From NCBI GenBank assembly GCA_003990765.1, contig RBNJ01000146.1, positions 1 to 39,260 of the forward strand: a stretch of 39,260 nucleotides of DNA, given 5' to 3'. Positions 20,752 through 32,947 of the stretch are shown here, one piece after another. Below the pieces are notes generated by a model. That model worked only from the letters and a program-made list of their open reading frames with translations. It had not been told where the DNA came from and searched no databases. This DNA comes from Jimgerdemannia flammicorona. Lineage: Eukaryota. A program made the position numbers and the translations under genes. Position 1 is the stretch's first letter. Each line of letters begins with the position of its first letter.

Positions 20752-23700
20752 GGTATTTCTTGAGTTGGTTTTGGTGAATAGTGGTGGGGATTATTGTGTC
20801 TGAGAGTTTTCATAACCAGAAAGTAATCCCTTTTATATCTTGTACCAGATAAGGTCCTTCCCACTTGGGCTCCGGTTTTCATGACCAAGAAGCTTCTACT
20901 ATATTCCAATACATCAGGACTTCATCTCCTATCTTGATAATCTCCAGAGGCTTGTGAGTCTTTTCCACATTGCTTTGTTGTAGTGCCTATGCCTTGATTA
21001 TGTAATCCTCTGCCTTTTTCCTAATTTGATGCAATCTCCATATCTCTATATCTATATGCTTCCAGACTGTGTCATTATTTGCTGACAAACTTCCACCAGA
21101 ACTTTCTTCTCCAAATAGTATTTCTCATAGTATGAAGTGGGTACTTTGTGATCGTATGTCCTGCAGAGTGGATAATGCTATTGGAAGATAGTGGTTCCAG
21201 TTTCCATATTCATTACAGATCTTGGCAATAATGTTCTTGAGAGTCCTATTGGTTCTTTCTACTTATTTGTTTCCTTGTAGGTGATAAGCTATAGTCTTGA
21301 TGTGCTGGATCTTGTATTTCTTGTAAAGAATCTCATAGAACTGATTGATGAATTCTATTCCTCTATCTATAGTAACTTGCTTTGGGGTTTTGAATCAGCA
21401 GATGATTTCTCTGTAAAAGAAATCAGCAATTGACTGTATATTGGCTTCCTTGAGGGGTCCAGTCTCTATCCATTTTGTGAATAGGTCTACGATCATGATG
21501 ACATATCAGTTGCCTGTCAATGTCAGAGATAGAGGGCCAATTACATCCATTGCTATGTGGGCAAATGGTACTGGTTTGATGTCTGCTGATCCAGGGGCTT
21601 GATCTCATTGGTTTTGTTTCTGTTTCTGGCATTTGTCACAGGTTCTGACAAATTATCTGATGTCTTCTTCCATTCCTGGCCACCACATGGTTCTTCTTGC
21701 CTTGTCATATATATTTGTTCCTCCTATGTGACCTTGCTTATGTACTTCCTTCATTACTTGATTCTTCCAGTGCTTGGATATGACTAATTGTTGTCCCTTC
21801 TTGAGTATTTCTCCATCAGTTTTGAATTGTTTCCATGTCTGATTAATAATTGTTCTTGTCCATTCTTCCAGATGTGGGGGCATCTTTTGCTGCCCCAGAT
21901 AGCTGATAATTCCATAGTATAGCTCCTTATTTATGGTGATTTTGTCGGGGTGGGGTCCTTCAGAGTGTCTATGAGAGGGCATCGGCATTTGCATTGGTTC
22001 TTCCAGAGTGGTGAGTAATTGTGGCATCATATGCTTGCAGCTTTATAATCCATCAGGCATAGATTCCTTTTGGTTCACTGGTAGTGAGTAACTAAGTGAG
22101 TGCCAAGTAGTCTCTCTGGATGGTGAAGTGTCTTTCTGCCAGGTAGTAGTGGAATTTTTCTACAGCCCAGATGACCATAAGGCATTCCAGCTTATAAAAC
22201 TCATAGGACTGCTCTGCTCCATGAGTACCTTGGCTGAGATAGGCTACCACATACTCAGTACCATTCTTTCTCTATATAAGGACAGCTCCAAGTCCCATTG
22301 TACTGGTATCTATCTGTAGGATAAATTCTTGTGTCCAGTCAGGTCTTCTCAAGATTGGGGCCTGGGTTAGCCTGATCTTGAGTTCATCGAAGGCTAGTTG
22401 CTGTTATTGTATCCACTGGAACTTGACCTCTTTTCTGAACAGGTCATAGATAGGGCTGGCAATGTGAGAGAATCTTTGAATAAATCTCCTATAATAGGAT
22501 GCTAGTTCTATGAAGGCTCGGGCTTCAGTGATACTGGTAGATACTGGGTATACTGCTACTGCCTTGATCTTTATGAGATCTGTGGGTGTTTCTTCACAAT
22601 TAATGATGTGTCCGAGGTATGCGATTTCTTCTTCTCCAAATTTGCATTTCTTGGACTTGATGTAGAGGCCATGTTTGTGAAGCCTTCTGAGGATTTCCTC
22701 AATATGTTCTAAGTGCTCCTTGGCTGTTTGGCTGAAGATGATCACATCATCCACATATACCATCATCCATTTTTCCATAACATCTCTGAAGATGCTATTC
22801 ATTATTCGCTGGAAGCTTGCTGGTGTATTGCATATCCCAAAGGGCATGCAGAGATAGAAATAGGTTCCATTAGGAGTAATGAAGGCTGATCTTTTACTGG
22901 CTTCAGGTATAAGGCCAATTTGGTAGAATCCTGAGAACAGATCCAGAGTGGTGTAAAATCATGATTCATTCCCCAGCATGATAAGAATGTTGCCAATGTT
23001 GGGCAATAGTTGTCTGTCCTTCTCTGTGACCTCATTGAGTCTTCTATAGTCTGTACAAAGTCTTGGTGCAAATTCTCCTGGTTGGCTCTCTTTCTTTGGT
23101 GTGAGGACGACCAAGGGCTGCTGGCTTTCTTGATGATACTGGATTCCTCCATTTTCTTGATTTCAGTCCTGAGCCATTCCCTATATGCTGGCGGAATGGG
23201 GTGGGCCTTTTGATAGATTGGTTTTGCATCTCTAGTGTTGATATCATGATAGTATAAGGGCTTCTTAGTCTTGATGTCCTTGAAGTCTGTGGCCAATATA
23301 TCTTCGAATATATATAGGAGATCCTGTAGTTCTCTTCTGAGGGAGAGGTTTTCTCCAATTACATAGGTGTGCTTATCTTGACTTTCTTCCTTCTTATGCT
23401 CTAATTCAGTAATCTTGATTGCTGCAAGGACTCCTCTTCCTATAGATCCAAGTCCAGCTCTTTCTTGCTGAGTTTGTCTGATGTTTGCGACTTTCTTGAT
23501 TCTTGGGTTAAGGATAGGTAGGATGAGTATTTGCACCAGCCAATCCTTCTTCCTTACTTCAAATGGGATTGTTGGATTATGATTCCTGGCAAGGAGGAGG
23601 ATTTCTCCTATATAGTCTAAATCAATGACTCCTCTTTCTATAGATATTTTGCTTTTTGCCAAGCTACTCCTTGTCTTGAGGATTCTGACATGATTTGGTG

Positions 23701-25950
23701 GGATGGTTACTTTGATTCCTGTTCTCAGCATAGTAGTGGTTTGCAGTTCAAGGATTGTGTGTATTGTGGTAGATAGGTCTATTCCTGCTATATTCTCCAA
23801 TTTGTACTGTGGCAAGACTGCATCAGGGTGGATCCTTCATATCTTGACTGTGATGTCTTCTTCATCATCACTGTCATTCAATAGCTCTGGTGGTCCATCT
23901 TCTGGTTTCTCCTGGTTCTTCTTTAGCTTGTTAGAGATCTTTTTCACTTCAATGATATAGGAGTAGCAGTGATCCAAGTGTTGGGCACAGTACATTCTTT
24001 CACCATGGGAGCACCTTCCTAGTGGGGTGTATCCATCTGCAATCCTTTTGTACCATTCTTCCTCTATCAACTGCTTATCTTTTCCTTTCTTTGTGGTAAC
24101 CATATAGGCTTCTTCTTCTTGCTCTTCCTCTATCTCAGGGTGGACTCCTTTGTGGACATTGATGGAAATTCTGATCTTCTTTCCCTGGTAGATGATTTGC
24201 ATCTTCTGTGTACTGAGATCAATCATTGCCTTGGCTTTGTGAAGCCATTGATTGCCAATGAGAATATCATAGTTGATTGCATTAGTGATGATGACATCTA
24301 CTGGAATAGTGGCTTCTCCAAACTTGATAGATATATCTCAGATCTTTCCCAGAGGTGTTGCTCATGTTCCATCAGCTGTAACAAACACCAATTTGGTAGC
24401 TTCTTCTATCTCTCAGCCTAGGCAGTCTACTGCTTTCTTGGTGATGAGACATCCTCCTACTCCTATATCGATGATAGCTTCAAAGACTCAGTCCTTGATC
24501 TGGCAGGTAGCATAGGCTGATGTCTTCTGATTATCTTCACTTTCTTCATCAGAATCTTCTTGTGCATTGTTGGCCTTGACAATTCTGTATCCTTGATCCT
24601 TTCTGATATCAGATATCCCAGTTCTCATCTGCTGTCTGAATGTTGGGATTTCAGCCAGCTGACCAAAGGTTGCATTCACCTTCTGGTCTTTGAGATCCTT
24701 AAAGATATCATACTTAAAGGTCTTGCTCTTGTGTAATTCCTGTTCCTTCTTTCGTTCACTTAATGGAGTGGTATTTTGAATAATATCTTCTACTGCTCAC
24801 TCCAGTTCAGCATCTTGTTCTAGCTCCATATCTTGATCAGCTTCAGTCTGCTGGATTTCCTTTTCGATGACTGTTTCTAGTTGTTTTATCTGTATCTGGG
24901 CCTTCTTAAGAGGTCTACCTGGAGGTCTTTTATAGGGACTGGTTTGGACATCCTTCTTGCTTGTGATAGTAGGATAAGCTTCCCATTCCTCCCTTTCCTC
25001 ATCAGATTCCCCAATCTCTTTGAAGGTGATAGTGTTCACCTGTTCATAGTTTCTGGTTGCATTACTTGGATTGGCCTTATACTTGGTTTCTGTCATACAA
25101 TCAGAGGCATAATGGTCTTCTTCTCCACACCTGTAGTAGGTTATTAATCACTTGTCATATGTGGCTATGAATTTCTATACTGGCTTCTTCTTGAACTCCT
25201 TGACCACATCGCTGAGGTGTACAGTCATTTCTGTGAACTGCTTGGCTAGTTCCTCCATTGGGTCAGCTCTTCTCTGCTCTTGTAATTGGGGTTGTTGTTG
25301 TGTATTCCTGTTAACTATAGTAGTTGGGACTGTATTGGTGATCCTTGGTGCTTGTTTGATTTTTACTCCTGTTATTCTTTCCATTGTATGGCCTTGAGGA
25401 TGTCTAGCAGTCCAGTATCTTTGGGTATAGGTAACCTTCTGTCCCAGGTGCAGTGCCCTTGGGGTAGATCAGATGGCTAAGGTAATTTCTTGATAAATGT
25501 CCTTCATGAAAGTATTCTTGGCCACTTGGTCTTGAACTGTATCAGGGTAGTCAGCAAGGACTATTTGGTGTTGTATTCTTGTATAGAATGTGTTTGAGTC
25601 TTTGGACATTCCTTGGCAGATAGTATTCAATTGATCCTTAAGTACTTGTTTGATTTCGTCTGTATAGTAGATTGCTTGCAGCCAGGTCTTGAAAGCCAGA
25701 ATTCTTGCTGGATCATTGATTCCTTATACATATATTAGCTGCAGTGAATGCAGTTCTTGCTGGGCCTCTGAGGCTTACAGAGAGTAAGGCTACTTGTTAT
25801 GCTACACTTAAGGTCCTTATAGTAGTATACTGCTCAAAATCATCAATGAAGATGATGATTGATTCATTGGAGATATATTCATGGAATATGGGTGGTCTCA
25901 TATCTATTTTATCTGATTGTGTTGTGTGGGTTCTTATTGCAGTTGTTCAT
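20741..25950 (-). pseudogene. gag-pol polyprotein (family C), many stops and a few frameshifts
   Basis: Knuckle YYRCGEEDHYASDC (~25095-25137), protease AIIDIG, RT MPFGICNTPASFQ and VYVDD, INT HKQGHIG and PKWEGPY. Confidence 0.93.
23438..23850 (-). pseudogene. dut: Trimeric dUTPase domain between protease and RT (family C)
   Basis: AGIDL, RSSLA, GVIDLDYIGEI and ERAGLGSIG correspond to dUTPase motifs I, II, III and V. Confidence 0.9.
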
Positions 25951-26462
25951 TGTTCAGCTTGAAAGTGAGGGATTTGTCTTGAATCACTAGCCAATGGACA
26001 CCAAGTTGTAATATAGCAGACACAAAGATGGGCAAGTACATCAGATTTCTTTATCTTGAATTCTTGTCTTCTTGACTCCAAGAGTCAGTAGTTCCTTGAG
26101 GCCAAATGTGTTTAAAGAGGTAATCCCGAAAGTCCCTTTATTGGTATACTTGTCCTTTTTCTAATACTTTCGATCTGAGGTTTATTTACTTGAAGATACT
26201 AGGTTATTTATATGAGTTTGCTAGCTATGAGATGGTTACTGGATTATATGGCTAAGTTATGAGTTATTTAACACTTTGTAAAATATTTTGCCAGTTGCAA
26301 AATACTATACTATATTAAGAAGCTTGATCTCGCACTTTGTAAAATATTTCACCAGTTGCAAAATCAAGGACTGCTAACTATGTGGCTATACTACTTTGGG
26401 ACTAAGTGTGATCAAGTGTCTGTTCTCTATTTCCTTCTTCCAAATCTGGCTATACTGTCACA

Positions 26463-26516
26463 TTATCTATAGTGATGATATTTCTTTAAGTTAAACTAGT
26501 GAAGTTCTTTATATAG
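26463..26516 (-). mobile_element. 54-bp sliver of B' ORF3 between the C and A insertions
   Basis: Aligns by eye with 9604-9657 and continues at 37569. Confidence 0.6.
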
Positions 26517-27210
26517 TGTGATAGTTGATCTGAATTAGAAACATAAATCAGAGAAATTAGACATTTGATCACAGTACCTAAACCCAATTCTCAATATAGT
26601 ATAGCCTTATAAATAGCAGTCATTGTTATTTTATAACTATTAAAGTTTTCATGAATGTTGAACTCTTTACAGATATTGAATATTTTATAGATGTTAAAAG
26701 ACTCAATACTTGTAAAAAGTAACTCATAACATAGTCATAACTTAGTCAACTTATAGCTAACAAACTTGTATAAATAACCCAGTATCTTAGAGTAAATAAA
26801 CCTCAGATTGAAATAGTTCAAAGTAAAGAGAAAGCAAAGGAACTAGTAAGTCTGCAGACAGATATACTTCAAACTCAACCACCCCTGCATCCAAGAACTC
26901 TGCAGAGTTAAAGAAGATCAAGTTTTCAAGATATAGAAATCTGATGTACTTCTAAGGTTAAGCATCTACTATATTATAACTTAGTGCCTATTGACTGATG
27001 ATTTAAGATGAATCTCTCACTTTCAAGCTAAACAATGAATAACCACTACTACTCAAACAACTATATAACTGAGATATCCAGACAAGATAGATATGAGACT
27101 ATTAATATTTCACAGTTATACTTCAGACAAGTCAATCATTACCTTCATTTTTTTTTTTTTTTTTTTTTTATAGTCACTTGGACTGTCCTTTATTACTGAA
27201 GTCTATAATA

Positions 27211-30200
27211 CTAATAATACAACATCACCCCACCCTCAACCTATTCCCTGTGGGCCCAACCCACTCCCCTCGCTCTCCCCCTGTCTGAGCACCACCCAGT
27301 TACCCACAACCCAAACCCTCCCCCCACTCTTCCAGGAGATACACTGCACCAGACCCTGGCGGTGTCCCCCCCCTGGCCCCCAACCCTGCCACCAACTATT
27401 CAGAATGTCCAATAGTAACTATTCCCAACGCACCACCTTGTCCCCAACTCCAACCCGATGACCTCCCTCAAAGACGTAGACCCAATGCCCAGCCAACCCA
27501 ACTCACATAGCCAAAGCCCAGCCAAGGGTCAGCCATTCATCCCCAACCCCACCCACCAGATACTGGCAGAGTGCTCCCCATCTCTCCCCTCCCTCTCCTT
27601 CCAAGGCACCCAGCCCTAACCAGTCCATAATACATCTCCAAAACTCCTCCAAAACCTCAAACTCGCCAAGCCAATGTTCAGGTGTTTGTACCACTCCACC
27701 CTCCTGACCAACATTGAAACACTCCTCACACTCGAATACTCCACCAGCCACCAAGTGTTCAGACTGAAAGTTCAACATCACATTCTGCCACAGGACATGC
27801 CACCACACCACCCAGAACTTGGGGGGCAGTCACTGCCTCACCCATTTGCACCACATCCAGACTCTACACCAATCCCACTCTTTACCAATTCCAACCCTCT
27901 GCCAGGTTTCGGGCCACAAGTCTCCACCTAAGCCTTGCAGGTATTCCAGACCCTCACCAAGCTGGAAGTTCTTCAATGAAACGCCACTAAGGAGAAGCCT
28001 GTCCCACCACCACATCTGTGGTCCCCAATCCTCCTCGGCTTCATCCCCATGCCAGTGAAGTCCTATCTTCTTAGCGCCATCCACCACCCCCCACCAGAAG
28101 CTGGTAAACCACATCCTCCTACTCCCCTTCATGGCTACCATCGCAAGCAGGTCACTGGAGCCACCACATGGGGAGTACCGAACCTCCCACAGCCACTGCA
28201 TGAGTGGCACCCACTCCCGACCCTGGAGCTCACTCGCCCTTCATAACCACCAAGCTCTCAGACAGAGGAGCTGCTTAGTAAAGTCTACTAAGCCCAGCCC
28301 ACTGCTTTCCAATGGTAGGGTGAGCACCTCCCACCCAACCTGGCTGCATTGCCCCCCCCAGACCCATGACTTCACCATCTTCAGTAACCCCTTGACCACC
28401 CAGAAGGGGAAATCCAAATAATATCCAATATACTACAGCTTCGGCATCCAATACACATTCAGTACCATTACCCTTCCAGCAAGAAACATATGCTGGCCTC
28501 CCCAATGCAGCAGAACATTACCCCACTCCAGAAGCTTACTATCCCACCATGCCCAGGGCAGAAGAGACCTGAATACTGAAAAGTAGATCCCCAGATAACG
28601 TACTGGTTCGCCTGCCAGTACCACTGTTCCAATGACTTTGCCACCCACAATGCCTGCACTCAGCACCAGAGTCTCGCATTTGTGCCAGTTTAGTCTAGCC
28701 CCAGAACCTCTCTCATACCATTCCACCGACCTCTGTAACTCCCCCACATCTGCCAAGGAGCCCAGCCCGACCACCATATCATCAGCAAAGGCCCCCACCT
28801 TCCAATTAACCCCCAGAATGTTCAAACCCCCAATCTGTCGCCGAATCCTGTCCAGTAGTGGCTCCAGGGAAAGGGCATACAGTATGGGCAACAACAGGTC
28901 CCCTTGCGGCACCCCCCACCCCAGGGGGAAGGTCACCCCCCTGTGGCCATTAACGATTAGAGCTGCCTGACTGTCCTCCAGGAGGCCAATCAATGATCCT
29001 TGAAACCTTGGGGGAATGCCAATCCATTTCAGCACTCCCTCCAGCCATATCCTCTGCACTCTATCATAGGCCTTCTCCTGGTCCAGAAACACCAATCTGC
29101 CATCCACCCCTGTTGCTCAGGCATCTTCAATCACTCCATGAACCCAAGCTGTCCCATCTCGAATCAGCCAACCACCAACAAACCCATGCTGCTCCACACC
29201 AAGAACCTGTTGAGCAATTCCTTGCAGCCTCAACACCAAGATCTTTGTCACCAGTTTGCAGTCCATATCGAGAAGCATAATCAGCTGCCAGTTCTTCCAG
29301 TCCTCTCGCCTCCCCTTGTTCTTATAGAGTAATGAGACTAGCCCTAAGTGCTGACCCCTCATCCAAGAACCCAACTGAAGAACCCCATTGCACATTGCAG
29401 TCATCTCCTCAAGCACCTTGCCCACCCCAATCATCTTCTGCCAAAAATCCCAGAGAAGTCCATCTTCTCCTGGAGCAGTCTCCTTACTCATCAAAGCCAT
29501 AACCTTGCAAATTTCCTCACCACTCACTGGGTCTCCTAATGCTCCAAGTCCTAGCACCGGGTCCAGGTGCCAATCCTCCAGCTGTCTATCAACATCCAGG
29601 GCATCCATTCCACCCTCCTCCTCACTCCATAGATTCTCCCACCAGGTTCGCAATAGGCTCAGAATCGCTGGAGTCCCCCCCACCAACTCACCATTGTCAT
29701 CCAGAACTTCCTCCCACTGCTGTCACACCCATCGAGCCTGTAACAACTGCGACAAAAACCTAGAAGGCCTCTCCCCCTCCTCAAGCCCTTACCACCATAG
29801 TCAGGCCACCATTCCTTATATCTGCATCTCCTCCTCCCTTTGCAACACCCCTTTCAACTCCCCTATCTCCTGCCGGATTCTAACAATATGCCAGTCAGAC
29901 TTGGCTCTATCTACCAATGCCCCAGCCCATCTCTTCATGAGGGCAGCTAGACGCCGTGAGGCCCACCACTCCCTCTGCCTATGCCGATCACATTCACCTT
30001 TCCCTGCCTCCCTTCAATACCCCTGAGCATTCACCTTCAGTCGTCTCCAGCGGTCCCCAATCCCAAGGCCCTGTTCCCGCCACCTGCCGATATTTCCCAC
30101 CACCTCTGTTTTCCAACCCTCCCACAATGCCCTATCCTCCAACAGAGAAGAGTTAAGCTGCCAATGTCCAGGCCTGTCCTCCTTTCCCCCAAACCTCCCC

Positions 30201-30898
30201 CCTCCATGCAGCCCCCAATGATCAGACCATGGACACCATACAACATCCAGCGCCGACCAAACATCTGCACCCCAATACTCCGCAGTCAGAACCCAGTCAA
30301 TCCTAGAGCCCAGCCCTGCCACCCAGTGGGTATACACCCACTGCTCAGCCCAGAAGCATCTACCAGAATCCACTAGAGTTCATAACCTTTCCAACTCTAA
30401 CCAGTCACCCAACCCACCACTATCGCCTCACACGCCCCTCCCGCCATCTGCTCTATCCACCTTCCTATCCTGCACCATATTGAAGTCACCTCCCATACAA
30501 TCCAGCCCCACCTCCCCCAACACACCAGCCTCCTTCAATCCTCGAATTCAATCCACCCTCTCCCCTCTCTCAGCTGGGCAGTAGCAAGACCCAACCATCA
30601 ACAAGCCCCATCTGGGCCTCTTCCACACACCCCACACCACCCTCGACCCCCAATGTCCAATGTCCTCAATGTCCCCCATCTCTTTCCGAATGAGAATACA
30701 CACTTTCCCCCTCCATACTGCCATGCCCCCCCATTCCTTGGTCCAATCCTGTAAGTCCACATCCGCCTCATAACAAACATCCTGCAATAAGAAGAGGTCC
30801 GCATCCAGTTCCTTAAGCCATCCAAATATATACCTCCTCCTAGCCGCCCCCCGTAACCCATTAATGTCCAATGGGAATATCTTAGTTGTACTGTTCAT
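27211..30898 (-). pseudogene. LINE ORF2: APE endonuclease - reverse transcriptase - C-terminal zinc-binding motif
   Basis: DINGLRG, LLQD, GGDFN, RIDW and SDH; LDQEKAYD, GVPQGD and AFADD; CEEC...TPEHWLGE. Confidence 0.95.
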
Positions 30899-30930
30899 AT
30901 TGATAAATGTTGCAAATAAGGGCCCCCAGC

Positions 30931-32845
30931 CTAGAATTCCATGCTCATCCCATCCCCAGTCAGATCTAAGCACTGCTCAGCTTCCAATTCATCCTCCGCA
31001 ATATCCCAAGCCTCCAGCACCCCCAAGATTTTCTGACATTCCACCCTGTCCACTTTCTCCATATTAGACCAGTAATCTAAGCAGACTGCATGCCACTTCT
31101 CCAGTCCCTTCCTCGCATTCCACAAGAAAAGTGCCCTGTCACTTGCCACCTTCCTGAGTTCCTCCTCCCACTGATCATCAACTTGATACTCAACTGACTC
31201 TAGGAGTACCACCAGGATCTCATTCCTCATCTTCCTCGGCACCTCCTCCCCCTGAAGGATCTCCTCCCAGTGCCTCTCTTCCATCACCCTGAAATCCTCC
31301 CCCCCCAGCTCCTCAACCACAACCCCCTCCAGAGTCTTCCACATCCACTTCTCCTCATCCACTGCCTCCACCACACCCTGAGCAATTTGTCCCCCATCCC
31401 CTCGGGGTCCACCAGCATACTCCTCCTCACGGACTCATCCCACTCCTCGTCCGGCACATCCAGCAGCTCCTCCTCTCCCTCAGCTCCACCTGGAACACTA
31501 TACTGAGGGTGCACCCTCTCACCCATCTCGGCATCGGCCACCAAGTCCCCTTCCCTTACTTCCCCCACTCCAATCTGAGCCACACTCTGGGCCATTTCTC
31601 CCCCCGCCACCCAGGCACTCTCCTGCAGCCCTGTAACTCCCTTCCCTGAGCCCCCACCAACCCTGCCCTCCCCCAACGTCACGAGCAGCTCCTTCTGGAT
31701 CCTCCTCCCCTGCATCTTCTCCCAGGCTCCCTTCTCCATCTGGACCCTCTTCCTGCCCACCTCTCCTACCACCATCCTGGCCTCAAACTCCTTCCAGGCC
31801 GATCTCCTCCTCACAACAGCCCCTTCCAGATCCTCCAGTGCCTCCAACAGGTCCTCCTCCTCCTCCTGAGTCCCCTTCACCCTCATGACCTTACACTCCA
31901 CTGGTTCCCACCTCAATGATGCTGGCCAGTCCCTTGACTTCCCCGCATTCTCCCTCCCAGCCAGCCTCACTCTGACATTGACATCGCCAGTCCTAAGCTC
32001 CATGCCCTCCCAGACCTTGAACTCTACATCCACAATCTCACCATACTTCTTGATCACCTCCACCACCAACTCCCTGGTCCTCTCCTTTGACACAGTCGGG
32101 AGATCCAACACTATAGCTGCACCACTCAGGGGTCCCAGCACATACACCGGGCCATAGGGACCACCATCCCACCAACCATCACTCCCTTCTCCATAGCTGC
32201 CAACAAGGCATCCTCCTCCTCAAACCCCACCTCGACCCCTTCTTTCCCTCTCAAGAACTTCACGGACATGGCTCCCTTTGCCTCCTGCACCACCAGCCCC
32301 AAGATCATCCTCGCCATCACTGCTAAGCCCCAGAAGCACAACATGACCGCAAATTCTGACTGCGACTTCTTGAGTAACAGGGCTGACACCATGCCCATCA
32401 CTCCATCCACCAGGTCCCCAGGCCTCATGCCCCCTTCCAGTCCGGAATTGCCACCCACTGTCACATCTGGATTTTTTGCCAGATCCCCAGTCATAGCTTC
32501 ATCAGCAGTCACAACTCCAGCCCCTACACTCGCTCCCCCCCTACCCCCTGTGACCCCCCTGGGTACACCTCTCTGTCCCCCAGTATCAGCCAACGATGCC
32601 TTCCCCAGGCCCAGCCAGCCATCCAGGCCCGAAGCCATCTTCTCCATTCGGACCTTGTCAGCAAAGGTCAGCCTATCCCCACCTCTCTGCTGCAGCCCGC
32701 CTCTCCCTCCACCACCAGGACCTCGGCTAGCCATTGAGGCCCCCAGCATCCCCAAACCATCTCCCCTCCTCCCCACCTGCTGCCAGCCAAAGGCACCGGC
32801 ACCCCCCTGTTTAGTGCGCTCACCAGTTTGATCATTGCTGTCCAT
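30931..32845 (-). pseudogene. LINE ORF1 (Gly-rich N-terminus, RRM-like core, acidic C-terminal domain), split by two frameshifts
   Basis: Three overlapping ORFs (32126-32845, 31284-32147, 30931-31374) colinear with the other LINE. Confidence 0.85.
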
Positions 32846-32947
32846 GTTATTAGTTGCTAGATACCAGAAATATAGTGAAAAGTGTTGTCGAAGTCTTGTG
32901 TCACCCGAATGTTACTGGTGAAAGAATGCTCGATCATTATCTTCATT

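Larger units (their letters stand above)
19873..26462 (-). mobile_element. Near-complete Gypsy family C: LTR-PBS-gag-PR-dUTPase-RT-RH-INT-ORF3-PPT-LTR
   Basis: 5' LTR 26007-26462 and 3' LTR 19873-20252 (its last ~35 bp are lost). PBS TGGTGTCCATTGGCT, PPT AGAAGGAAGT, and all pol motifs in order. Confidence 0.95.
27150..32929 (-). mobile_element. Full-length L1/Tx1-like LINE (~5.8 kb), decayed
   Basis: Poly(A) tail (T22 at 27148-27169), AATAAA at 27189-27194, and an 18-bp TSD TCAATCATTACCTTCATT (27132-27149) / TCGATCATTATCTTCATT (32930-32947). Confidence 0.96.

Noticed and set aside
27674-32831. Pro/Ser-rich plus-strand ORFs, and the minus-strand ones at 10780-12763
   Set aside because: They are antisense shadows of the G-rich LINE coding strand.
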